A stretch of 32,000 nt of DNA from Pseudodesulfovibrio mercurii (GCF_000189295.2 NC_016803.1:2670001-2702000); one strand, 5' to 3'; shown: positions 14,778 through 23,022, numbered from the stretch's first letter. Numbers and translations: made by a program. Notes: generated by a model from the sequence alone, not told the origin.

Positions 14778-14844
14778 ATTTACTTTTTCTTTGCTCAACA
14801 CAATTCATCCCAAAATAACCGCTAAAAAAGCACGTAGTTGGCCA

Positions 14845-14985
14845 CCCCCCACCCCTCGCGAAGCGGCATCAAAAAGTTTCGGGGGGTGAGAGAGGGGTTG
14901 GGGGGTCCAGGGGGGAAGGGGAGAGAGCGGGGACCCTTTCCAAAGGGTCCCCGCTCTCTCCCCTTCCCCCCTGGCCGCCGGAGGC
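14845..14985 (+). repeat. Dispersed intergenic hairpin element, copy D (long subfamily), abutting the 3' end of the sigma-54 regulator gene
   Basis: The head is CGCGAAGCGGCATCAAAAAGTTTCGGG. A perfect 30-bp stem joins GGGGGGAAGGGGAGAGAGCGGGGACCCTTT (14910-14939) and its exact reverse complement (14942-14971), separated by CC. The tail GGCCGCCGGAGGC ends at 14985, 4 nt before the stop at 14990-14992. Confidence 0.75.
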
Positions 14986-14989
14986 GGCG

Positions 14990-16393
14990 CTAATCCGTCT
15001 GGATGTTGTAGGCCTTGAGTTTGCGGTACAGGGAGCTGCGTTCCAGGCCGATGGCCTTGGCCAGTTGGGAGATGTTGCCGTCGAATTCGCGCAGCTTGGC
15101 TTCGAGGAAGCGGGCCTCGAAGTCGGCGCGGGCCTGCTTGAGGTCGGCCGGGCCCTGGTTGATGAGGTCGTCCAGGGGCGCGGCCTCGGCGGCGTGGCCC
15201 GCACCCGGTTCGGCGGCGCGCGGCGCGGGCTTGAACTCGGGCGGCAGGCGGTCGGCGGTGACGGTGTCGCCGGCGAACATGATGAACATGCGCTCCACGA
15301 AATTCTTGAGCTCGCGCACGTTGCCGGGCCAGGGGTAGCGCGTGAGCACGCTGAGGGCCTCGGGCGAGAAGACGATGGGCTTGAACCCGTGCTGGCGGAC
15401 CAGGGTGTCCATGAAGTCGTTGATCAGCAGGGGGATGTCCTCAACGCGGTCGCGCAGGGGCGGCAGCTCCAGGGGGAAGACCTTGAGCCGGTAGTAGAGG
15501 TCCTCGCGGAAGTTGCCCGCCTCGATCTCCCTGGCCAGGTCCTTGTTGGTGGCGGCGATGACGCGCACGTCCACCTTGATGGTCTTGCGCCCGCCCACGT
15601 GCTCGAAGGCCTGCTCCTGGAGGATGCGCAGGATCTTGGCCTGGGTCTTGAGGGACATGTCCCCGATCTCGTCCAGGAACAGGGTGGAGCCGTCGGCCAG
15701 CTCGAATTTGCCCTCCTGGGCCTTTTCCGCGCCGGTGAAGGCCCCCTTTTCGTGGCCGAACAGCTCGGATTCGATGAGTTCCTCGGGGATGGCCGCGCAG
15801 TTCACGGCCACCAGGGGGCGGTCGGCGCGCGTGGACTGGTTGTGGATGGACCGGGCCACGATCTCCTTGCCCGTGCCGTTCTCGCCGGTGATGAGCACCC
15901 AGGACTCGGTGGGGGCGACCCGGCCGATGACCTCGCGCAGGTCGCCGATGGCCTTGGACACGCCGGTCAGGGTCACGGGCTGCTCCGAGGAGATGCGCGT
16001 CTTGAGGGCCAGGTTCTCCTGGCGCAGGCGGGAAAATTCCAGGCCGTTGCGGGCCGAGACCACGACTTTTTCCAGGGACAGCGGCTTTTCGATGAAGTCG
16101 AAGGCCCCCTTCTTGAGGGCCTTGACCGCCGTCTCGATGGTCCCGTGGCCCGAGATCATGATCACGGGCAGCCCCTCGTAGTCGCGGGACAGGATTTCGA
16201 GGGCCTCGAGGCCGTCCATGCCGGGCAGCCAGATGTCCAGGAAGATCAGGTCCGGGATGTCGGTGCCGAGCAGCTCGAGTCCCTCCTCGCCGGACTCGGC
16301 CTCGACCACGGACAAGCCCTCGTCCTCGAGGATGCCGCGCAGGGAGAGGCGGATGGACTCTTCGTCGTCGATGATCAGGATCTTTGCGGCCAT
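14990..16393 (-). CDS. Sigma-54-dependent response regulator (NtrC family: REC + AAA+ + Fis-type HTH), 467 aa
   Basis: The REC domain is ILIIDDE...DLIFLDIWLPGMDG. The AAA+ domain has Walker A GENGTGKE, the GAFTGA loop (EKGAFTGA) and Walker B LFLDEI. The C-terminal HTH is ISQLAKAIGLERSSLYRKLK. Confidence 0.92.
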   Translation of the reverse strand: MAAKILIIDDEESIRLSLRGILEDEGLSVVEAESGEEGLELLGTDIPDLIFLDIWLPGMDGLEALEILSRDYEGLPVIMISGHGTIETAVKALKKGAFDFIEKPLSLEKVVVSARNGLEFSRLRQENLALKTRISSEQPVTLTGVSKAIGDLREVIGRVAPTESWVLITGENGTGKEIVARSIHNQSTRADRPLVAVNCAAIPEELIESELFGHEKGAFTGAEKAQEGKFELADGSTLFLDEIGDMSLKTQAKILRILQEQAFEHVGGRKTIKVDVRVIAATNKDLAREIEAGNFREDLYYRLKVFPLELPPLRDRVEDIPLLINDFMDTLVRQHGFKPIVFSPEALSVLTRYPWPGNVRELKNFVERMFIMFAGDTVTADRLPPEFKPAPRAAEPGAGHAAEAAPLDDLINQGPADLKQARADFEARFLEAKLREFDGNISQLAKAIGLERSSLYRKLKAYNIQTD

Positions 16394-16438
16394 GGCTGCT
16401 CCCTTGCAAGGTCGTCCGGCGCGGTCGCGCCGACTCCC

Positions 16439-16467
16439 CTTATAGATGACCCGGCGCGATGATTCAA
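16439..16467 (-). promoter_or_regulatory. Candidate sigma-70 promoter upstream of the response-regulator gene
   Basis: Minus strand reads TTGAAT (16467-16462), a 17-nt spacer, then TATAAG (16444-16439), about 45 nt upstream of the ATG at 16393. This is a sequence match only. Confidence 0.3.
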
Positions 16468-16481
16468 GCCGGGGGGCGGGT

Positions 16482-17645
16482 TCAGGCGCCGGGCTCGGGG
16501 AAGTGCCAGTCCTTTTTCCGCAGCCAGTGGTAGGAGCGCTTGCCGTGAACCATGTCGCCGAGCGGGCCCGCGCCGAACCTGACGAACCGGCGGATGGCCC
16601 CGGGGCCGAACAGCTTCATGGCCCGGAACAGGAACCAGCGCAGGGTGTTGGAGCCGTTGAGCTCGGGCAGGATGGTGCGGTGCAGCAGGCGCAGGTACTC
16701 GGGCCCGGGTTCGGTGTCGTGTTCCAGGGCGTGGGCCACGGCGCGGCCCGCGTACATGCCGGTGCACAGGGCGTAGAAGATGCCCTCGCCGAAGAGCGGC
16801 TCCACGTAGCCGCCCGCGTCCCCGGCGAGCAGGGCGTTGGCGTGCACCGGGTCGTGCAGGAAGCTGCCGTAGGGCAGGGGATGGCCGCGCTGGCAGGTGA
16901 GCACGGCCGGGTCCACGCCGAGCACGTCGAGGAAGGATCGGAACAGCTTGGCGAAGTGGGTGTCCTCGCGGCGCAGGCCGCAGATGCCGATGAGCACGTT
17001 TTCCCCGTTGGGGAAGACCCAGCCGTAGCCCGCGTCCACGAAGCCCACGTAGAGGATGGGCCGGTCCACGGTTTCGGGGATGTCGGCCGCCGGAATCTTG
17101 ACCTCGATGGTCGCGGCCGTGAAGCGGCGCATGGCCCGCAGGTTCACCTCGGGGAAGCCGGCGCGCACCGTGGAGTGGGCCCCGTCCGCGCCGATGATGT
17201 ACCGGCCCCGCGCGGTCCGGCCGTCCTTGAGGACCACCTCGCCGGACGCCGGGTCGCAAGCGGCCACCTCCTCGCCCTCGCGGACCAGGGCCCCGGCCCG
17301 GCGCACGTGGTAGAGCAGCCGGTTGTCCAGCTCGGCCCGGTCGGTCAGGTGGAAGGGGTAGGAGACCGTGCCCTCGGCCAGGGTCGAGGTGAAGGTGCGG
17401 ATACTGTATCTGTCCGAGACGTAGCGGATGATGCCGTGCTCGGCCATGGTCTCGGGCGTCTCGCCGAAGAGCAGGCCCAGGAGCTGCACGGACTTCCAGG
17501 TGAGCAGCCCGCCGCAGAGCTTGGAGCGCGGAAATTCGGCCTTGTCCAGGACGAGCACGGAGCGGTTCTGCCGGGCCAGGGTCACGGCCGCGGCGCTGCC
17601 CGCCAGGGAGCCGCCGCAGACGATGGCGTCGAAGGTCTTGTTCAT
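16482..17645 (-). CDS. FAD-dependent oxidoreductase, geranylgeranyl-reductase-like family, about 387 aa
   Basis: The dinucleotide-binding N-terminus is DAIVCGGSLAGSAAAVTLARQNRSVLVLDKAEFPRSKLCGGLL. The ATG at 17643-17645 (MNKTFDAIV...) is preferred. An alternative GTG at 17669 overlaps the upstream stop (GTGA). Confidence 0.75.
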   Translation of the reverse strand: MNKTFDAIVCGGSLAGSAAAVTLARQNRSVLVLDKAEFPRSKLCGGLLTWKSVQLLGLLFGETPETMAEHGIIRYVSDRYSIRTFTSTLAEGTVSYPFHLTDRAELDNRLLYHVRRAGALVREGEEVAACDPASGEVVLKDGRTARGRYIIGADGAHSTVRAGFPEVNLRAMRRFTAATIEVKIPAADIPETVDRPILYVGFVDAGYGWVFPNGENVLIGICGLRREDTHFAKLFRSFLDVLGVDPAVLTCQRGHPLPYGSFLHDPVHANALLAGDAGGYVEPLFGEGIFYALCTGMYAGRAVAHALEHDTEPGPEYLRLLHRTILPELNGSNTLRWFLFRAMKLFGPGAIRRFVRFGAGPLGDMVHGKRSYHWLRKKDWHFPEPGA

Positions 17646-17665
17646 GTCGTTCGCGCCCCCCCGGA

Positions 17666-18145
17666 TCACATGGTGTTGATCATGGACGAGGGGTTGCGCC
17701 CCTCCTTCTTCAGTTGCTGGTAGGCGCGCAGGTCCTTGTCCAGCTTGTTCAGCAGGGAGACCACCAGGTCGCGCCGGGGGATGCGCCGGGCCGGGGTGGA
17801 GAAGGCGAACCCGTCGGCCAGGACCACGTGGAGCTCGTAGACGATGTCCGTGTCCGGCGTGACCGCGCCGTAGCTGTCCTGGGGCGAGGCGTCCACCTTG
17901 ACCTCCGCGAAGAGGTCGTTGCGCGCCCGGAGGTAGTTCAGGATGCGCTCGATCTCCCGTTCGGTGTAGGCCTTCCGGCCGAGGTCCCCGGAGAACTTGA
18001 GCTTCTTGGAGGCGGTGTTGGTGAACACGGACTCGCCCTTGCGCACCAGGTCAAGGCTGAAGAAGACGTAGATGACGGCCGCCGCCGCCAGGATCAGGAG
18101 GATGTTCCTGGTCCATTCCGTCGATTTGTTCTGCCGTCCTTGCAT
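17666..18145 (-). CDS. Hypothetical protein with one N-terminal transmembrane helix, 159 aa
   Basis: Full ORF with a TM segment (NILLILAAAAVIYVFFSL). The composition is normal, unlike the shadow ORFs. It is the first gene of a same-strand run. I recognise no family. Confidence 0.55.
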   Translation of the reverse strand: MQGRQNKSTEWTRNILLILAAAAVIYVFFSLDLVRKGESVFTNTASKKLKFSGDLGRKAYTEREIERILNYLRARNDLFAEVKVDASPQDSYGAVTPDTDIVYELHVVLADGFAFSTPARRIPRRDLVVSLLNKLDKDLRAYQQLKKEGRNPSSMINTM

Positions 18146-18312
18146 GGGTCCTCCCTGGATGTCGCGCCTTGCCCGGACCGTATACTATGAAACCCGGCAA
18201 GAAAAAAGCCTTGGCTGTGCACGGTGTGCGGAGGGGCCCGGTTACCTTGACAAAAACGGGTGCCGGGGCCAAGTTGCACAGTGGTGGAGCCATGACCGGC
18301 CCGAGGGGAAGT

Positions 18313-20082
18313 ATGGAGAACAGCAAGATAGCCGCCCTGGTGGAGCTGGGCATCCTGTGCCGCGGGGAGCCCGTGCCCCCTGCGGGCGACGGGGAGGCCG
18401 ACCCCGGCCCGCACCGCTTTTCCGCGCACACCCAGCTGTGCCGCTTCGAAAACCCGGCCTTCCGTCATCCCTTCGAGGACGCCTCCCTGGCCGCCTACGC
18501 CACCTTCGCGCCGGACACGACCATGGACGCGGCGCTGCGCCGCACCCGGCTGGTGGTCCTGCTCGGCCTGGCCGACACCCCGGAGCTGCGCGCGGCCCTG
18601 GCCTCACGGTCCACGGTGGTGGTCCTGTTCGAGCCGGACGAGCGGGTGCTCGTCCATTTCCTGGAACGGTTCAAGCTGGCCGGGCTGAACCGGCCCAACC
18701 TGTTCTGCTTCACCGGCGATCCGCGCTCCTTCAACCCGCCCCTCCAGGACCTGCTGCCCGGCGACATGTTCCGCCTGGGCACCCCGGCCTTTTTCGTCAC
18801 CGACCGCGTGCGCGGGCTGTATCCCGGCTGGGCGGACCAGGTGGTCTCCTACCTGGAGACCCTGCACTACCGCCACGCCATCTACGGGCTGTCCGGCCAG
18901 GCCCTGACCCGTTCCCGGCCCCTGCGCAACATCCACCGGGGGCTGCTCTACGACCAGCAGGTCCACGCCTTCGAGAACGTGCCCGAGTACCTGACCGCGC
19001 CGTCCATCAACGGGCTGCGCAATCGGCTGCGCGGGGCGGACGCCATCCTGGTGGCCGCCGGGCCGGACCTGGCCGACAAGCTCGACTGGATCGGGCGCAA
19101 CCGCGAGCGCGCGGCGATCATCTGCGTGAACAACGCGGTCAAGCCCCTGGCCGAGGCGGGCATCCGGCCGCACTTCGTGGTCATCAACGACACCTCCGTG
19201 GACTCCGGGCTGGTCTTCCGGCACATCCCCAGGCTGCCCGAGTCCATCCTGGTGGCCCACTGCCTGTCCGACCTGGGCGGGGACCGCTTCCGGCAGAAGT
19301 ATCTGTTCGGCTCGTACCTGCCGCAGATCTTCGGGGAGCGGGACAACCTCCGGCTCCACGGCTCGGTCATCTCCACGGCCTTTTCCCTGGCCCGCCACCT
19401 GGGCTGCGGGCGCTGCGTGCTGGTCGGGGCGCAGCTTGCCTCGGACAACCCGTGGGGGCTGAGCTACGCCCGGGGCACGGTCAAGGACGCGCCCGGAAAC
19501 GCGGACCGGCCCCTGATCAACGAGCACCCCCAGCTCTGCCCGGTGGCCACGCCCTTCGGCGAGCCGCTCTTCACCACACTCAACTTCCTGGACGCGGCCC
19601 TGTGGCTGGCCGAGGAGATCCGCGTGTCCGGCGTGGCCTGCGTGAACACGTCCAAGGCGAGCATCCTGTACGGGCGGGGCATCGAGTACGACGCGGAACC
19701 GGCGCTTTCGGGCCGGGTGCCGAACCTGAAGGACCTGTTCCGGCCCGAGCCGCCGCGCGTGGACCGTCGGGAGGCGGGCCGCTGGCTGCGCCGGGAGATA
19801 CAGCTGTGGACCAGCGTGGGCGAGGCGGCCCGGACCCTGCTGGCCGACGACACCCCGGCCATGACCGCCAAGGGCATGGCCGTCCTGAACCAGCTGGACG
19901 GCAACAACGTGACCTACCTGGTGGAGCGGCGGCCGGGGTTCAGCAACTGGGATTTCGTCAAGCTGGTCTTCGAGGGGGACGAGCACGACCGGCGCAAGGG
20001 GCTGCGCCTGTACTACCGCGAGGTCCTGGCCATGGCCGGGGAATTTCTCGCCCTGCTGCGCGTGGCCGCGCAGTCCGTCTAG
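18313..20082 (+). CDS. DUF115 (MptE-like / motility accessory factor Maf-like) protein, putative glycan transferase, 589 aa
   Basis: Track ORF 18169..20082 trimmed to the ATG at 18313 (MENSKIAALV...), which has GAGGGGAAG upstream. The DUF115-type core is ADAILVAAGPDLADKLDWIGRNRERAAIICVNNAVKPLAEAGIRPHFVVINDTS. The size is typical of Maf proteins. Confidence 0.7.
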   Translation: MENSKIAALVELGILCRGEPVPPAGDGEADPGPHRFSAHTQLCRFENPAFRHPFEDASLAAYATFAPDTTMDAALRRTRLVVLLGLADTPELRAALASRSTVVVLFEPDERVLVHFLERFKLAGLNRPNLFCFTGDPRSFNPPLQDLLPGDMFRLGTPAFFVTDRVRGLYPGWADQVVSYLETLHYRHAIYGLSGQALTRSRPLRNIHRGLLYDQQVHAFENVPEYLTAPSINGLRNRLRGADAILVAAGPDLADKLDWIGRNRERAAIICVNNAVKPLAEAGIRPHFVVINDTSVDSGLVFRHIPRLPESILVAHCLSDLGGDRFRQKYLFGSYLPQIFGERDNLRLHGSVISTAFSLARHLGCGRCVLVGAQLASDNPWGLSYARGTVKDAPGNADRPLINEHPQLCPVATPFGEPLFTTLNFLDAALWLAEEIRVSGVACVNTSKASILYGRGIEYDAEPALSGRVPNLKDLFRPEPPRVDRREAGRWLRREIQLWTSVGEAARTLLADDTPAMTAKGMAVLNQLDGNNVTYLVERRPGFSNWDFVKLVFEGDEHDRRKGLRLYYREVLAMAGEFLALLRVAAQSV

Positions 20083-21737
20083 AGGTCCCGGCGGCAGGCC
20101 AGGGGCATGCGCCAGCCCGTGCCGAAGGAGCGCGGGGTGAGCTTGATGCCGGGCGCGGCCTGGCGGCGCTTGAACTCGGCCGCGCGCACCAGGTTGAGGA
20201 CCTTGTTCACCACCGCCTCGTCATAGCCCGCCTCGATGATCTCGCGCCGGGAGCGCTGGTGCTCCACGTGCAGGGCCAGGATGGCGTCCAGGACCGCGTA
20301 CTCGGGCAGGGAGTCCTGGTCCTTCTGATCCGGCCTGAGCTCGGCGGACGGCGGCTTGGTGATGATCGCCCCGGGGATGTTCGGCCCGACGTGCGCGTTG
20401 TACCATTTGGCCAGGGCGAAGACCCCGGTCTTGTCCACGTCCGAGATGACCGCGAACCCGCCGGACATGTCCCCGTAGATGGTGCAGTAGCCCACGGCCA
20501 GCTCGGACTTGTTGCCCGTGGTCAGGAGCAGGGCGCCGTACTTGTTGGACAGGGCCATGAGCAGGTTGCCCCGGATGCGCGACTGGATGTTCTCCTCGGT
20601 GGTGTCCGGCCCGTACCCGGCGAAGGGCCCGGCCAGGGTGCGCTCGAACTCGGCCATGATCGGCTCGATGGGCAGGGTCAGGGTTTTGACCCCGAGATTT
20701 TCGGCCAGCTCCAGGGAGTCGTCGATGGACCCCCGGCTGGAGTAGGGCGAGGGCATGAGCACGCAGGTGACGTTGTCCGCGCCGAGCGCCTCGGCGGCCA
20801 CCGCGGCGGTCACGGCCGAGTCGATGCCCCCGGACAGGCCCACCAGGGCCGTGGCGAAGCCGCTCTTGCGCACGTAGTCGCGGGTGCCCGTGACCAGGGC
20901 GCGCCAGGTCTCGGCCTCGCGGCAGAAGTCGTCCTCGGCGATGGTGTTGGCCGAGGGGGCGTCCGTGTCCACCAGGAGGACGTCCTCCTCGAACCCCCGC
21001 GCCCTGGCCATGAGCGCGCCGTCGGGAGCGAAGGCGCAGGACCGGCCGTCGAAGACCAGGTCGTCGTTGCCGCCCGTCTGGTTGGCGTAGACCATGGGCG
21101 TCCCGTACTTGCGGGCCACGGCCCCGAGCATGTCCTCGCGCAGGACCTGCTTGCCCAGGAAGAGCGGCGAGGCCGAGAGGTTGACGATGACGTCCGGGCG
21201 GAAGGCGGCGGCCTCTTCGAGCGGGTCCCGCGCATAGGTCCGGGCGTCCCAGTAGTCCTTGTCGTTCCAGGCGTCCTCGCAGACGGTCACGGCCACGGTC
21301 GCGCCGTCCAGGCGCAGGATGTTGGCCTCGGGGTCGCCGGGCGGGGCGGGCTCGAAATAGCGCGCCTCGTCGAACACGTCGTAGGTGGGCAGCAGGGTCT
21401 TGCGCACGGAGCGGACGATCTCGCCGCCCTTGCAGAACAGGGCGCAGTTGAAGACCGGCTTGCCCTGGCCCGACAGGTTGCGCTCCACCGCGCCGAGCAG
21501 CAGGGGCGGGCCGTCCGCAAGCTCGCGGGCCAGGTCCTCGGCCCGCTGCCGGGCGCGGTCCACGAAGCTTCCGTAGAGCAGCAGGTCGCGCGGCGGGTAG
21601 CCGGTCAGGGCCATCTCCGAGGTGACGCAGAGGTCCGCGCCCAATGCGCTCGCCCGGCGGGCCGCGTCCAGAATCTTGGCCGCGTTGCCGTCCAGGTCGC
21701 CGACGATGGGATTGAGTTGCAGGAGGCCGATTTTCAT
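20079..21737 (-). CDS. nadE: Glutamine-dependent NAD+ synthetase (N-terminal CN-hydrolase domain + C-terminal NAD synthetase domain), about 552 aa
   Basis: The N-terminal half is nitrilase-like (MKIGLLQLNP..., VCEDAW). The PP-loop is GLSGGIDSAV. The ATG at 21735-21737 is preferred over the track's TTG at 21755. Confidence 0.9.
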   Translation of the reverse strand: MKIGLLQLNPIVGDLDGNAAKILDAARRASALGADLCVTSEMALTGYPPRDLLLYGSFVDRARQRAEDLARELADGPPLLLGAVERNLSGQGKPVFNCALFCKGGEIVRSVRKTLLPTYDVFDEARYFEPAPPGDPEANILRLDGATVAVTVCEDAWNDKDYWDARTYARDPLEEAAAFRPDVIVNLSASPLFLGKQVLREDMLGAVARKYGTPMVYANQTGGNDDLVFDGRSCAFAPDGALMARARGFEEDVLLVDTDAPSANTIAEDDFCREAETWRALVTGTRDYVRKSGFATALVGLSGGIDSAVTAAVAAEALGADNVTCVLMPSPYSSRGSIDDSLELAENLGVKTLTLPIEPIMAEFERTLAGPFAGYGPDTTEENIQSRIRGNLLMALSNKYGALLLTTGNKSELAVGYCTIYGDMSGGFAVISDVDKTGVFALAKWYNAHVGPNIPGAIITKPPSAELRPDQKDQDSLPEYAVLDAILALHVEHQRSRREIIEAGYDEAVVNKVLNLVRAAEFKRRQAAPGIKLTPRSFGTGWRMPLACRRDL

Positions 21738-21838
21738 GGGCTCGTGATACGCCAAAGCGGGTTCGCGGGCAACCGTTTCCCGGCGGGCCGCGCGGGGAAG
21801 CGGTGGCCTGCCGGGCGGTTGTGGTGTACCGTGCGGCC

Positions 21839-22867
21839 ATGCCCGAGCCCCTCGTCTTCGCCCACCCCGAACCCGCGCCCGCGCCGACCCGCATATGGCC
21901 CGTGTTCCTGCCCTTCGCGGGTTGTCCGCACCGCTGCCTGTTCTGCGCCCAGGACCGCCAGACCGGCCGGGACCGCGCCGTGCTGGCCCCGATCCTGGCC
22001 GACCTCGAGCGCGACCTGGACGCGGCCCTGGCCGGTGGGCGCGGCCCCTACGAGCTGGCCTTCTACGGCGGGACCTTCACGGCCCTGCCCGCGCCGTGGC
22101 CCGAGGCCTTCCTGGCCCTGGCCGCCCGGTTCCGAGAGCGCGGCCTGGTCACCCGCGTGCGCTGCTCCACCCGGCCCGACCGCACGGAACCGGCCGTCCT
22201 GGACCGCTGCCGGGCGCTCGGCCTGGACCTGGTGGAGCTGGGCATCCAGTCCTTTGACGACGCGGCCCTGGCCGCCTCCGGACGCGGCTACGGCGGGGGG
22301 GCCGCCCGGCGGGGGTGCGCGCGGGTGGTCGAGAGCGGGCTGGCGCTGGGCGTGCAGCTCCTGCCCGGCCTGCCCGGCGACCGCGAGGGGCTCTTTCAGG
22401 CGGACGTGCGCGAAGCCGCCGCGCTCCATCCCGAGACCGCCCGGCTCTATCCCTGCCTGGTCATCGAGGGCACGGACCTGGCCCGGGCGTGGCGGCGCGG
22501 GGAGTACGTCCCCTGGGCCGTGGACCGGGCCAGGGACGAGCTGGCCCGCGCCCTGCCGGTCCTGTGGGGGCACGGCGTGCGCGTCATCCGCCTGGGGCTG
22601 GCCCCGGAGGGGACCCTCACGGACGCGGTCCTGGCCGGGCCGTGGCACCCGGCCCTGGGTCAGACGGCCCGCTCCCTGGCGCTTCTGTCGATCATCCGCC
22701 GAAAAGTGGCCGAACTGGGCCGCGGACCGGTCTCCCTGACCGCGCCGCGCCGCTACCAGGGCGAGCTGTTCGGCCAGGCCAACGAGCTGGCCCCGGCCTA
22801 TGCGGCCCTGGGCCTTCCCCGCACAAGGGTGCGCTTCGCCGACACGGCGGTTTTTTCCCTGGCATGA
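21839..22867 (+). CDS. Radical SAM protein (Elp3-like family without the GNAT domain), about 342 aa
   Basis: The CxxxCxxC motif lies in FLPFAGCPHRCLFCAQ. GGTFT and ELGIQSF segments are typical of the family. The start is uncertain: ATG at 21839 or GTG at 21803. Confidence 0.75.
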   Translation: MPEPLVFAHPEPAPAPTRIWPVFLPFAGCPHRCLFCAQDRQTGRDRAVLAPILADLERDLDAALAGGRGPYELAFYGGTFTALPAPWPEAFLALAARFRERGLVTRVRCSTRPDRTEPAVLDRCRALGLDLVELGIQSFDDAALAASGRGYGGGAARRGCARVVESGLALGVQLLPGLPGDREGLFQADVREAAALHPETARLYPCLVIEGTDLARAWRRGEYVPWAVDRARDELARALPVLWGHGVRVIRLGLAPEGTLTDAVLAGPWHPALGQTARSLALLSIIRRKVAELGRGPVSLTAPRRYQGELFGQANELAPAYAALGLPRTRVRFADTAVFSLA

Positions 22868-23022
22868 GTGTTGCAGATTTCGCCGGGAATCGGTTACTCG
22901 GTGAACAATCGATTGCCGCCGTCTCGGTTTCCTGACGAAACGGAGTGCCCAATCCATCGGGAACACAGGAAAATTTTGCCCGTCGGGCAAGCATGCAGCC
23001 ACACGCTGAAGTGGGGAGTCAG

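Noticed and set aside
6110-14985. Whether the four similar palindromic repeats could be a CRISPR array or IS termini
   Set aside because: The copies are kilobases apart and separated by ordinary genes. They occur in both orientations and differ in length. No cas or transposase gene is present. They fit a REP/MITE-like dispersed element, not a CRISPR array or a composite transposon.
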